64,000 nt of DNA. Source: Macrostomum lignano. Its lineage: Eukaryota. This document shows, one piece after another, positions 23,301-35,064 of the stretch (positions are counted from its first letter, which is position 1; each line of letters starts with the position of its first letter). The DNA lies in the NCBI GenBank assembly GCA_002269645.1, contig NIVC01001890.1:35096-99095 (forward strand), read 5' to 3'. The notes under the pieces are model-generated. The model saw only the letters and a list, made by a program, of their open reading frames with translations, had not been told where the DNA came from and did not search any database. The position numbers were made by a program, and so were the translations under genes.

Positions 23301-26300
23301 TTAGCGATAACAGTGAGTGTCAGTTAGCGATAACAGTGAGTGTCAGTTAGCGATAACAGTGAGTGTCAGTTAGCGATAACAGTCAGTGTCAGTTAGCGAT
23401 AATGGTGAGTGTCAGTTAGCGATAACAGTGAGTGTCAGTTAGCGATAACAGTGAGTGTCAGTTAGCGATAACAGTGAGTGTCAGTTAGCAGTAATTGTGG
23501 CAGTTGACTTCAAAGTCAGCAGTTTTTGAAAAGGTGACGACGCAATTGCTTTTAAAATTAGAGTAATAGTTACTCCCGCTGTTTACCCGATTTATCAATC
23601 ATATCTGATTATCTGCTTTGACAGGCAAAGCAAGTCGGACGAAGACGCGGGCAGGCCAGCCCAAGGCGTCACTCATTCCACCATCAAGGCCTCGGACAGT
23701 CCATCCTGGAGGAGATGATCAACGTTGTTATGGACGCCAATCGAGCGCCAGACGAAGTTATTGTGATAAAGATTGGTGACAAAGACACGCGGGAGCTCAT
23801 TCACGAATTCCGCATCCCGGTTGGCAGTCTGCAGCCGTTTCACAATTATCACGTCAATATGCACAAGGTTTGTCGTGGCCAGGGGTTTGTCTGCATGAAG
23901 TGCCCGGGTCAGTACATTGATGTCCAGTTCAATATAGAGGTGTCCGATACAGTGCCTCTCCATCTCTCCTTCTCCACCCCCTCTCCATCTCTTCCTCTCC
24001 ATCTCACCCTCTCCATCTCACCCTCTCCATCTCCCTCTCCATCTCTCCTTCTCCACCCCCTCTCCATCTCTTCCTCTCCATCTCACCCTCTCCATCTCAC
24101 CCTCTCCATCTCCCTCTCCATCTCTCCTTCTCCACCCCCTCTCCATCTCACCCTCTCCATCTCTCCTTCTCCACCCCCTCTCCATCTCTCCTTCTCCACC
24201 CCCTCTCCATCTCCCTCTCCATCTCCCTCTCTATCTCTCCCTCTCCCTCTCTCCTTTTCCACCCCTTCTCCATCTCTCCTTCTCCATCCCCTCTCCATCT
24301 CTCCTTCTCCACCCCCTCTCCATCTCTCCTTCTCCACCCCTCTCCATCTCTCCTTCTCCACCCCCTCTCCATCTCTCCTTCTCCATCCCCTCTCCATCTC
24401 TCCTTCTCCACCCCTCTCCATCTCTCCTTCTCCACCCCCTCTCCATCTCTCCTTCTCCACCCCTCTCCATCTCTTCCTCTCCATCTCACCCTCTCCATCT
24501 CACCCTCTCCATCTCACCCTCTCCATCTCCCTCTCCATCTCTCCTTCTCCACCCCCTCTCCATCTCTCCTTCTCCACCCCCTCTCCATCTCTTCCTCTCC
24601 ATCTCACCCTCTCCATCTCCCTCTCCATCTCCCTCTCTATCTCTCCCTCTCCATCTCTCCTTCTCCACCCCCTCTCCATCTCCCTCTCCATCTCTTCCTC
24701 TCCATCTCACCCTCTCCATCTCCCTCTCCATCTCCCTCTCTATCTCTCCCTCTCCATCTCTCCGTCTCCAACTCTCCTTCTCCAACCCCTCTCCATCTCT
24801 TCTCTCCTTCTCCACCCCCTCTCCATCTCTTCCTCTCCATCTCACCCTCTCCATCTCACCCTCTCCATCTCCCTCTCCATCTCCCTCTCTATCTCTCCCT
24901 CTCCATCTCTCCGTCTCCAACTCTCCTTCTCCAACCCCTCTCCATCTCTTCCTCTCCATCTCACCCTCTCCACCCCCTCTCCATCTCTCCTTCTCCACCC
25001 CCTCTCCATCTCCCTCTCCATCTCTTCCTCTCCATCTCACCCTCTCCATCTCCCTCTCTATCTCTCCCTCTCCATCTCTCCGTCTCCAACTCTCCTTCTC
25101 CAACCCCTCTCCATCTCTTCCTCTCCATCTCACCCTCTCCACCCCCTCTCCATCTCTCCTTCTCCACCCCCTCTCCATCTCCCTCTCCATCTCTTCCTCT
25201 CCATCTCACCCTCTCCATCTCCCTCTCCATCTCCCTCTCTATCTCTCCCTCTCCATCTCTCCGTCTCCAACTCTCCTTCTCCAACCCCTCTCCATCTCTT
25301 CCTCTCCATCTCACCCTCTCCACCCCCTCTCCATCTCTCCTTCTCCACCCCCTCTCCATCTCTCCTTCTCCACCCCCTCTCCATCTCCCTCTCCATCTCT
25401 TCCTCTCCATCTCACCCTCTCCATCTCCCTCTCCATCTCTTCCTCTCCATCTCACCCTCTCCATCTCCCTCTCTATCTCTCCCTCTCCATCTCTCCGTCT
25501 CCAACTCTCCTTCTCCAACCCCTCTCCATCTCTTCCTCTCCATCTCACCCTCTCCACCCCCTCTCCATCTCTCCTTCTCCACCCCCTCTCCATCTCCCTC
25601 TCCATCTCTTCCTCTCCATCTCACCCTCTCCATCTCCCTCTCCATCTCCCTCTCTATCTCTCCCTCTCCATCTCTCCGTCTCCAACTCTCCTTCTCCAAC
25701 CCCTCTCCATCTCTTCCTCTCCATCTCACCCTCTCCACCCCCTCTCCATCTCTCCTTCTCCACCCCCTCTCCATCTCTCCTTCTCCACCCCCTCTCCATC
25801 TCTCCTTCTCCATCCCCTCTCCATCTCTCCTTCTCCACCCCCTCTCCATCTCTCCTTCTCCACCCCCTCTCCATCTCTCCTTCTCCACCCCTCTCCATCT
25901 CACCCTCTCCATCTCACCCTCTCCATCTCACCCTCTCCATCTCACCCTCTCCATCTCCATCTCCATCTCTCCTCTATCCTTCTCCTTCTCCACCCCCTCT
26001 CCATCTCACCCTCTCCATCTCACCCTCTCCATCTCCCTCTCCATCTCTCCTTCTCCACCCCCTCTCCATCTCTCCTTCTCCACCCCCTCTCCATCTCTTC
26101 CTCTCCATCTCACCCTCTCCATCTCCCTCTCCATCTCCCTCTCTATCTCTCCCTCTCCATCTCTCCTTCTCCACCCCCTCTCCATCTCCCTCTCCATTTC
26201 TTCCTCTCCATCTCACCCTCTCCATCTCCCTCTCCATCTCCCTCTCTATCTCTCCCTCTCCATCTCTCCGTCTCCAACTCTCCTTCTCCAACCCCTCTCC

Positions 26301-26801
26301 ATCTCTTCCTCTCCATCTCACCCTCTCCATCTCCCTCTCCATCTCCGTCTCCATCTCCCTCTCGATCTCTCCCTCTCCATTAACCGTATTTGTATTTATA
26401 GTACATAATTTGTAGTATATGGAAATGTGGACGAAAATCCATATATTCAAAACATTTTCTGTTTCTTACAGTTCAACGGAGAGCAGGGTCGCTTCTTTGC
26501 TACATTAATTCGCAAGCAATCCAAGTTGCCCAGCGACTCCGGCATCGGCATCAACTACAAAGCTTTGGAGGCGTGTCTGGTTGCCGTGCGGCACCCGTTG
26601 CAGAATCCTGCCGGAGCCCTCATCGCTGTTGCCAAGGTGGTCTCGGATTATTACAATTTCGTTAACAGACTGCTGGCGTTTAGGAATTCCGGCCTGGAGC
26701 TGACGACCGCCCAGTTTCCCAATCCGCATCCGACCACCTTCTTTGTTAGCGACCGCTGGACCGGACAGGGACAGTCCCAGGTAACGGCCTGTCTGTCTGC
26801 C

Positions 26802-26866
<65 letters not shown>

Positions 26867-26867
26867 T

Positions 26868-26926
<59 letters not shown>

Positions 26927-26967
26927 GACTGTCTGTCTGTCTGTCTGTCTGTCTGACTGTCTGTCTT

Positions 26968-27002
<35 letters not shown>

Positions 27003-27049
27003 GACTGTCTGTCTGTCTGTCTGTCTGTCTGTGTGTCTGTCTGTCTGTG

Positions 27050-27093
<44 letters not shown>

Positions 27094-30000
27094 CGTGTCT
27101 GTCTTTCTGTCTGTCTGTCTGTCTGTCCGTGTCTGTCTTTCTGTCTGTCTGTCTGACTGTCTGTCTGTCTGACTGTCTGTCTGTCTGTCTGTCTGACTGT
27201 CTGTCTGTCTGTCTGTCTGTATACCATTTCGTCCCACTCATTCTATGTTTTATTACAACGGATATACAGCTACCTGTGGTACTTTCCTCATCCTCGCATT
27301 CCCCAATCCAGGTGACCCTGCCCGGCAAGCCGGTGGTGCAGCCCCGGTGGCACCACCCGTTCCTGTTCTGCGACCAGCGCGAACTGGCCACCCTGTTCAC
27401 CGTGGGCGCCGCCCTAGTCATAGAATTCTACGATTTTAACAATCAGGCGGTGAACGAAGTTGAATGGCGATCAACTAAACCGGTGGGCTACTCCGCCCTG
27501 GTGCTCGACAATAAAGCCTATAGGGAGCTCACGGGAGTCAGCGGTCGCAAAGGCCTGCTTGTTGAGCTGCCTGTTCAGGTGAGGAAGAGTAAACAATCTA
27601 GAAAGTATAGTAGTTTTTTAGTATAACGTTTCATAAACCTGATTTTTTAAAATATATTCAAATCGACGCCAAAAATTGGACGTTTATGTATTAGTTAAAC
27701 TAATTATTATTCTCAATTTTCAATTGATTTTTTGAAAACAGCATGTAACGTTTTATGAACCCGATGGAAAAAAAACATTTGAACTGGCGCTAAAAATTGG
27801 ACGTTAATGTAATTAGACAGCATAGTTAAACAAATTATTAATTTTAATTTAATATAGTTTCTTCAAAAACAGGCTATAACGTTTTATGAGATAGCCCGAT
27901 TTCATATAATTGATTTTTTAAATATATTCTAATCGGCGCCAAAAACTAGACATTAAAAGCATAGTTAAACAAAATGGTCATTTTATTTTAGATAGACTTT
28001 TTAAAAATACGTTTTAAAAATAAAAGTAAAACTTTTTTGTTTAAATACGCTTGTATTTGTTGATGTAAATTTTGGCGCGAATTTAAATATAATTCAACTT
28101 TTCCAGGGCGGCTCACTCCGGTCCAGCACTGGCAAGCTGCCCACGGTAGGTCTGGTGCTTCGCCTTCACGAAGACGCCTCGCCGGAGACTCTCAGTCCAG
28201 AGTTTCTGCGCTCGCCCGACCTGGCAACCAGTCTGCCGCATTTTGAGCCAACTCATCTGGAGGTGCCGACTCAGGACTTTGTCGATCAAGAAGGCGACGG
28301 ACCGTACGAGGCGACTGGTGGAGACGATAAGTCCAGGATCGGGCTGGACTGGGAATGGGATCCGTACAAGGATCTGTCTGTGGCGATGAAGCGAAAGCAG
28401 AGAAAGAAACTGGTGAGACTGTTGTTGACGGAGAGTCAACTTTTTCTTTTTGCACTACCTCCTGAATCTTGTCCTGAATCTTCCTTGACTCCTCCCTGAA
28501 TCTTGTTCTGAATCTTGTTCTCAATCTTCCCTGACTGTTCCCTGAATCTTATCTGAATCTACTCTGTATCTCGTTCTGAATTTTGTTCTGAATCTTCCCT
28601 GAATCTTCCCTGAATCTTATCTGAATCTTCCCTGAATCTTTCCTGAATCTTCCCTGAATCTTCCCTGAATCTTTCCTGAATCTTCCCTGAATCTTCCCTG
28701 AATCTTCCCTGAATCTTCCCTGAACCTTTCCTGAATCTTTCCTGAATCTTCCCTGAATCTTCCCTGAATCTTCCCTGAATCTTCCCTGAATCTTCCCTGA
28801 ATCTTCCCTGAATCTTTCCTGAATCTTTCCTAAATCTTCCCTGAATCTTCCCTGAATCTTCCCTGAATATTGTTCTGAATCTTGTTCTAAATGTTCCCTG
28901 AATGTTCCCTGAATCGTCCATGAATCTTTTTCTGAATCTTCCCTGAATAATCTACTGAATCTCCCTAAATCTTTTCCTGAATGTTTTCAAAAATTCTCTC
29001 TGAATCTTTCCTGACAAGTTTTTTTAATCTTCCCCAAAATCCTTCATGAAAATTTCCTGAATCGTGTTTGGATATTCTTTCCATTTAGTGCACTGATGCT
29101 TAGTGCAGAGTTAACTTTGACAGCTGAGGCGTGAGGGTTGTTGAAAGAGTTAATACACTGAAAATTCAAAGGCCAGAGATGCAGCATTGAAGAGAAACAG
29201 GGCTAGAGGCAGAAAGGGTGAGAGATTGAGCACAAGCTTACAAAAAGCAGAGTTGTTTCGCGGTATCTAAGGAGACAACTGTACTCATTTCTTGTGCGCG
29301 GGCACTGTACAATGGATTGAATGCTCAAGGGACCTCTCTAACCCGTTCGCCCAACCAGCCCAAAAGCACAGAAAAAGTTTAAATTCTATTGTGCAAAAAA
29401 TTTCGCTCTCTCTCACCTTTGTTACTGGACCAAATTAAAAGCAAAATACAGTATTGGATTGAGTCAATTTTGACTCAAAGGATTTGCTTCGCCTCAGCCT
29501 TGGGGCTTCTGCACGACACTCACTGATGGCCACTCTGTACTACAGACCGTACACCAGCGAGGTAGGGCTATGGAACTTCGTACTGGGTTGTCGCTACCGT
29601 AAGTGGGTTGTCGCCACTATCATCGGGTTGTCGGTAGACTGTCAGTGGGTTGTCGGTAGACTGTCAGTGGGTTGTCGCTACTGTCAGTGGGTTGTCGCTA
29701 CCTTCAGTGCCAGTGGGTTGTCGCTACCGTCAGTGCTAGTGGGTTGTCACTAATGTCAGTGGGATTTCGCTACCGTCAGTGCTAGTGGGTTGTCACTAAT
29801 GTCAGTGTGTTGTCGCTACCGTCAGTGCTAGTGGGTTGTCGCTACCGTCAGTGCTAGTGGGTTGTCGCTACCGTCAGTGCTAGTGGGTTGTCGCTACCGT
29901 CAGTGCTAGTGGGTTGTCGCTACCGTCAGTGCTAGTGGGTTGTCGCTGATGTCAGTGGGTTATCGCTACTGTCACTAGGTTGTCAAGTTAAACCTCAGCC

Positions 30001-33000
30001 TTTAAATTGATTACACGAGCAAACTCACGATGCAACTAGAATATGCCTTCATCAGCCTAGTTAGCTCTCTCCTTCCCTGCCTCCTTTCGTCATCATCAGC
30101 CAATCACCGACGGCGATCTGCCAGCCGAGAATGCGGTCGAGTCGGTCCTACCCGAGTACGACTACATCTTCCCGGCCTCGCGCCCGCGCCACCAGCCAGG
30201 CGCCGCGTCGACCGGTCGCCGTCAGCCTCAGCGCCAGCTAGCGCCTCTGCCCGAGGCATCCGCTGAGCTCGGCGAGCTGGAACGCTATCGCGACGCGATG
30301 CGCAAGATGGGCCAAGACATTCTGGCTCTGCAGGATCGAATCCGCGAGCTCGAAATGGAGAATGCGGCGTTGAAACGCGACGTTGGTCAGTACGGCGACA
30401 CTCAGCAGCTGCTGGCTGGCGATGGAGGAGACTTTGAGGATCTGCCGAAGGCCGACCTCATTGCTAGATATGGTGAGACGGGCTTGGGTTGGAACTTTTG
30501 AGTCCTAGCTACTTCAGAATCCTTTGATATTTCCGCCAGTTTACAATCACCTCTTATCGATTCTTTGATGCTGCCGCCAGTTTACAACTGCCTCTTTATC
30601 GACTCTGATGTTTCCGCCAATTTACAACTGTCTTTTATCGATTATTTAATGTTTCCGCCAATTTAAAATCAACCCTTATCAATCCTTTGATGCTTGCTAC
30701 CAATTTACAATCACCTTCTCATCGATTCTTAAATGCTGCCGCCAATTTACAACTCCTTCTTATTCTTATCAATTATTTGATGTTGCCGCCAATTTATAAC
30801 ACCTTATCAATTATTTGATGTTGCCGCCAATTTATAATACCTTCTTATCAATTATTTGATGTTGAGGTGCCGGGCGTGTTTTGATGTACTGCACTGCACC
30901 TGACTCACCTGAGTCCAATAATGAGTAACTCTAACTAGCCAGCCAGCCTAACTAACCAAACCGGCCTACTCCGGTGTACGCTGCTCTGCGTACTTTCTCT
31001 CTCTCCCCCTTGACATGATTATATTCAGTAGTGATCGATTCTGAGTTTTAAGCCCACTTACTTGTTTGTCTTTTAAGCCTATATATTGGTCTCGCCACCT
31101 ACCACCTCGTATCTCACAATCATTGCAATAATTCGCTCATCTCAAATACACAACTTCGTACTTGACTCAAACCAAGCCCACGGGCGGCCTTGTCATCGTT
31201 TACTGGGCGCGACTTGACAGATGTTGCCGCCAATTTAAAACACCTTATCAATTATTTGATGCTTGGCGATAATTTATAACACCTTCTTATCAATTCTTTG
31301 ATGATTGCCGCCAATTTACAATCACTTCTTATCGATTCTTTGATGTTGCCGCCAATTATATATTACATTTATTATATTATATTATATTACATTTTTCATT
31401 TCCGCTCAATACTTCAAAACACTTACTCTACAGCCGCGATGAAGAACAAACTGATGAGCACGGCCTCTCAGGTGGGTCAGTACCGAGAAAAGGTGCAACA
31501 GTTGCAGAATGAGCTCATCAGACAGCAACAGGATAGCGGCAGAGGCGGAACCGGAGTTGGGCCTGCTCACGCGAGCCAGCAGCGTCTCATCCAGCAGCTG
31601 CAGGTGATTTCTCCTATTGTAACCTTTCATCTAGTCACTTTTAGAATAAATGCTTTTAGATGCTAATTATTATATGTTAGATACAGTGTTAGCGCTACTA
31701 GAAACTTTATGTTACATGGTGGCGATTCTGTGTTGGATAATGGCACTTCTGTGTTAGATAGTGAGGCTTCTTTGTTAGATAGTGAGGCTTCTGTGTTACA
31801 TAGTGAGGCTTCTGTGTTAGATAGTGGCACTTCTGTGTTAGATAGTGAGGCTTCTTTGTTAGATAGTGAGGCTTCTGTGTTACATAGTGAGGCTTCTGTG
31901 TTAGATAGTGGCACTTCTGTGTTAGATAGTGACATTTCTGTGTTAGATACGAGTGCTGGCAGGATCGTAGTGGCACGATCGATAAATAAAGTGATAAGAT
32001 GACACTACTATAGTATAAACAGTTTAACTTACATTAGAATATATAAACTTTAATAATTACTCTACTCATAGTAGAAACAAAAGAAAAAATAAGTTAAATA
32101 ATGAAAAATCAACCCAATTTTATTCTACAAGACAATAATAATGACTATTATTAGCTCGTACTTTTATTAATCCGCAGGCAAAAGCAGACAAAGTCCGTCA
32201 GCTGGAGGGCGCCTGCATGAAACAGGAGCAGGTTATCGAACGAATGGAAGCCTTGCTAAACGACAGCGGCGGCAAGAAGTCAAACGACACCATATCCAGG
32301 GCTCTAGCCGAAGAGAATCGTCGACTTCGCGAGGAGCTGTCCCAGATGCGATCCTCTGCGAGAGGCGACGGCGCCGACGTTGGCATGGACGACGCCGAAC
32401 GGATGGAGCTGTACCAGCTGCTGGACAGAGCCGAGACCAGGATCGCCTCGTTGGAGAAGCAAGTTGCCGACAAGGCCAAAGATTGGGCCAGGGAGAAGGA
32501 GAGGCTGACGGACAAACTCGACGCGTTGCGAGTTGTGAGTTGTGAACTTTTATGGAATTTTCATTATAAATTGTCTATACATGGCTCTCTGGCTTATTCA
32601 TTCACTAATTTAGTATGTGATTGATTGATCAAGTGGCTGATCGAGTGACTAACATACCGAGTTACTAAGTTGACCAAGTGACTGAGTGACTATGTGACTG
32701 AATGACTGAGTGACTAAGTGACTGAATGACTGAGTGACAAAATGACTGAGTGACTCAGTGACTGAGTGGACTGGTGACTCAATAACTAAGTGACTGGGTG
32801 ACTGAGTGATCGAGTTGACTGAGTGACTATGTTACTTAATGACTGAGTGACTGAGTGACAAAATGACTAAGTGACTCAGTGACTGAGTGGACTGGTGACT
32901 CAATAAATAAGTGACTGGGTGACTGAGTGACTATGTGACTGAATGACTGAGTGACTAAGTGACTGAATGACTGAGTGACTGAGTGACTGAGTGACAAAAT

Positions 33001-34684
33001 GACTGAGTGACTCAGTGACTGAGTAGACTGGTGACTGAGTAGACTGGTGACTCAATAAATAAGTGACTGGGTGACTGAGTGATAGAGTGACTGAGTGACT
33101 ATGTGACTGAATGACTGAGTGACTAAGTGACTGAATGACTGAGTGACTGAGTGACAAAATGACTGAGTGACTCAGTGACTGAGTGGACTGGTGACTCAAT
33201 AAATAAGTGACTGGGTGACTGAGTGACTATGTGACTGAATGACTGAGTGACTAAGTGACTGAATGACTGAGTGACTGAGTGACTGAGTGACAAAATGACT
33301 GAGTGACTCAGTGACTGAGTAGACTGGTGACTCAATAAATAAGTGACTGGGTGACTGAGTGATAGAGCGACTGAGTGACTATGTGACTGAATGACTGAGT
33401 GACTAAGTGACTGAATGACTGAGTGACTCAGTGTCTCTGTGGACTGGTGACTCAATAACTAAGTGACTGGGTGACTGAGTGATAGAGTTGACTGAATGAC
33501 TATGTTACGTTGGTAGTGACTGTGAGACATCCATCAAGCGTAGCAGTAGGATACAAGCACACACTACTTAATTTTTCAGTTAAAGCAATACATTGACGGC
33601 AAGAAGTCATACTATTAAAAGTAGCTCAGCACGGTACATACCTTAGCAAGCTGCAATAAACCTTCTCTGCTAAATAAATCCTATGATATTCATTTCTATT
33701 TGTTTCACTGCTAACACGTACAACAAAAATATTATTTTCACACACATTTTTATTACTTGAAGTAGCTTCCATTTCAAGACAAAACGCAAAGGCAGGCCAA
33801 CGGAAAGTTTCTATAAGTTATTGTGAATTATTTTGCGTATAAAAAACTTTAAGCTAACTATCACGAACTTTTATTCACATATTGACACTTAATACTTTCA
33901 CTAATTACTTATTCGAAGACCATCATCTTGGGTTGCCACAATCTTCAGTGGGTTGCCACTATCTTCAGTGGGTTGCCACTATCTTCAGTGGGTTGCCACT
34001 ATCTTCAGTGGGTTGCAACTATTTTCAGTGGGTTGCAACTATTTTCAGTGGGTTGCCACTATCTTCAGTGGGTTGCCACTATCTTCAGTGGGTTGCCACT
34101 ATTTTCAGTGGGTTGCCACAATCTGCAGTGGGTTGCCACTATCTTTAGTGGGTTGCCAAAATCTTCAGTGGGTTGCCACAGTCTTCAGTGGGTTGCCATT
34201 CTGCAGTGGGTTGCCAATTTTCAGTGGGTTGCTACAATCTTCAGTGGGTTGCCACAATCTTCAGTGGGTTGCCAAAATCTTCAGTGGGTTGTCAAAATCT
34301 TCAGTGGGTTGCCAATCTTCAGTGGTTTGCCTCAATTTTAGTAGGTTGTCACCATCTTCAGTGGGTTGCCAATCTTCAGTGGGTTGCCAATCTTCAGTGG
34401 GTTGCCAATCTTCAGTGGGTTGCCAATCTTCAGTGGGTTGCCAATCTTCAGTGGGTTGCCTCAATTTTCAGTAGATTGCCGAAGTGGCGAACTCGTTTAC
34501 CTCATACGACTGCTGCGACCCGTCATTTCAGAAACCGTCAGGCGCCAGTCACAAGCCCTCGCGCCACCATCACCACACCAGAAGGCGTGACGATCACAAT
34601 CACGAGGCTGCAGAGTTCGATGACAATGCAGAGGCAGCTGCAGCCAGCAAAGGAAAAGCAAAGCGACTTTACAGAAGGCCCTGA
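20362..34684 (+). CDS. CCDC33: CCDC33-like multi-C2-domain + coiled-coil protein, ~1080 aa; exons 20362-20907, 21821-22200, 23625-23867, 26472-26780, 27312-27578, 28107-28412, 29481-29561, 30100-30472, 31434-31603, 32178-32534, 34475-34684; apparent 1-nt deletion at ~23709
   Basis: [95 protein letters not shown] and [12 protein letters not shown] all follow the CCDC33 pattern as I recall it; junction phases are consistent. Exons 7 and 11 are less certain. Confidence 0.82.
20969..21590 (+). mobile_element. tRNA-derived SINE with CORE-like central domain, split by a MITE
   Basis: A box TAGTCTAATGG, B box GGTTCGATTCT, CORE-like TGTGTCCTTGAGCAAGACACTTAAC..GTTGTAAAATGAG; second copy at 39366-39736. 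Confidence 0.8.
21114..21414. mobile_element. MITE (301 bp) with ~40-bp imperfect TIRs and 9-bp TSD TAAAATGAG; internal 41-bp tandem array
   Basis: Left GGGAGGCTTCATAAGACTGAAATTTCACAACGCCAAAA versus reverse complement of the right end GGGTCGCTTTCACAAGACCGAAATTTCATAACGCCAAAA; TSD at 21105-21113 and 21415-21423. Confidence 0.85.
22300..23490 (+). repeat. 23-bp minisatellite (GTGAGTGTCAGTTAGCGATAACA/ATG), ~50 copies, CCDC33 intron 2
   Basis: Direct periodicity. Confidence 0.95.
23955..26381 (+). repeat. 2.4-kb polypyrimidine (CTCTCCAT-based) repeat with higher-order blocks, CCDC33 intron 3
   Basis: Almost G-free on the + strand; the block CTCTATCTCTCCCTCTCCATCTCTCCGTCTCCAAC recurs. Confidence 0.95.
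26788..27221. repeat. (TGTC)n microsatellite, CCDC33 intron 4
   Basis: Starts ~8 nt after the donor. Confidence 0.95.
27640..28090. repeat. Degenerate ~125-bp tandem repeat (3 copies) with an inverted terminal motif, CCDC33 intron 5
   Basis: Recurrent GGCGCCAAAAATTGGACGTT..ATAGTTAAACAAA..AACGTTTTATGA; inverted TTTTGGCGCG at ~28070. Confidence 0.55.
28460..29000. repeat. 11-12-bp repeat (CTGAATCTTCC), CCDC33 intron 6
   Basis: Direct periodicity. Confidence 0.92.
29600..29985. repeat. 26-bp minisatellite (GTCAGTGCTAGTGGGTTGTCGCTACC), CCDC33 intron 7
   Basis: Direct periodicity. Confidence 0.9.
30520..31345. repeat. ~40-bp degenerate minisatellite (GATGTTGCCGCCAATTTATAACACCTTATCAATTATTT), CCDC33 intron 8, interrupted by a solo LTR
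   Basis: Units lie on both sides of the 30863-31219 insertion. Confidence 0.85.
30863..31219. mobile_element. Putative solo LTR (357 bp), TG...CA termini, 5-bp TSD GATGT
   Basis: GATGT|TGAGG...CTTGACA|GATGT; removing it restores the host repeat unit TTTGATGTTGCCGCC. Confidence 0.7.
31715..31950. repeat. 21-bp minisatellite (TGTGTTAGATAGTGAGGCTTC), CCDC33 intron 9
   Basis: Direct periodicity. Confidence 0.9.
32660..33510. repeat. GAGTGACT-based compound repeat with higher-order blocks, CCDC33 intron 10
   Basis: The block GACTGGTGACTCAATAAATAAGTGACTGGG recurs every ~140-155 bp. Confidence 0.9.
33925..34471. repeat. 18-21-bp minisatellite (TCTTCAGTGGGTTGCCACTA), CCDC33 intron 10, abutting the acceptor
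   Basis: Direct periodicity. Confidence 0.92.
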
Positions 34685-35064
34685 GCAATCTACGAAGTAG
34701 AAACACATATTGTACATAAACAGTAGACATGTATAATAAATGTATTCTTGACGTTTATCGTTTTAACAGTACATTTTGTACCATACGAGTATCAGTGGGA
34801 ACGGCGATCTCTTTTTTAAACATATAAGCATCGAACTAATATTTATTGAATTACAAAAAATTCTTCCAATTACACTATTAGTGATTTAGATACTGCTTTT
34901 TTGTAGTAAAATTATGTTTTATTTACACTAAATATTAAACTATTAAATAAATAGTATGATTTTATTGTAGCACAGCAAAATCGATGCAAATTTGTTTATA
35001 AGATTATTATTTTTAGACTTAAATCATTATAAATAATAAAAAACACTTTGACGAACAGCGATTG

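Noticed and set aside
22300-23490. CRISPR-like regular repeats (also 35065-36060 and 41208-42180)
   Set aside because: Head-to-tail units without unique spacers, no cas genes, eukaryotic intronic context.
23715-26408. 897-aa ORF
   Set aside because: Only the first ~51 codons are CCDC33 exon 3; the rest is translation of a CT-rich repeat that lacks stop codons by composition.
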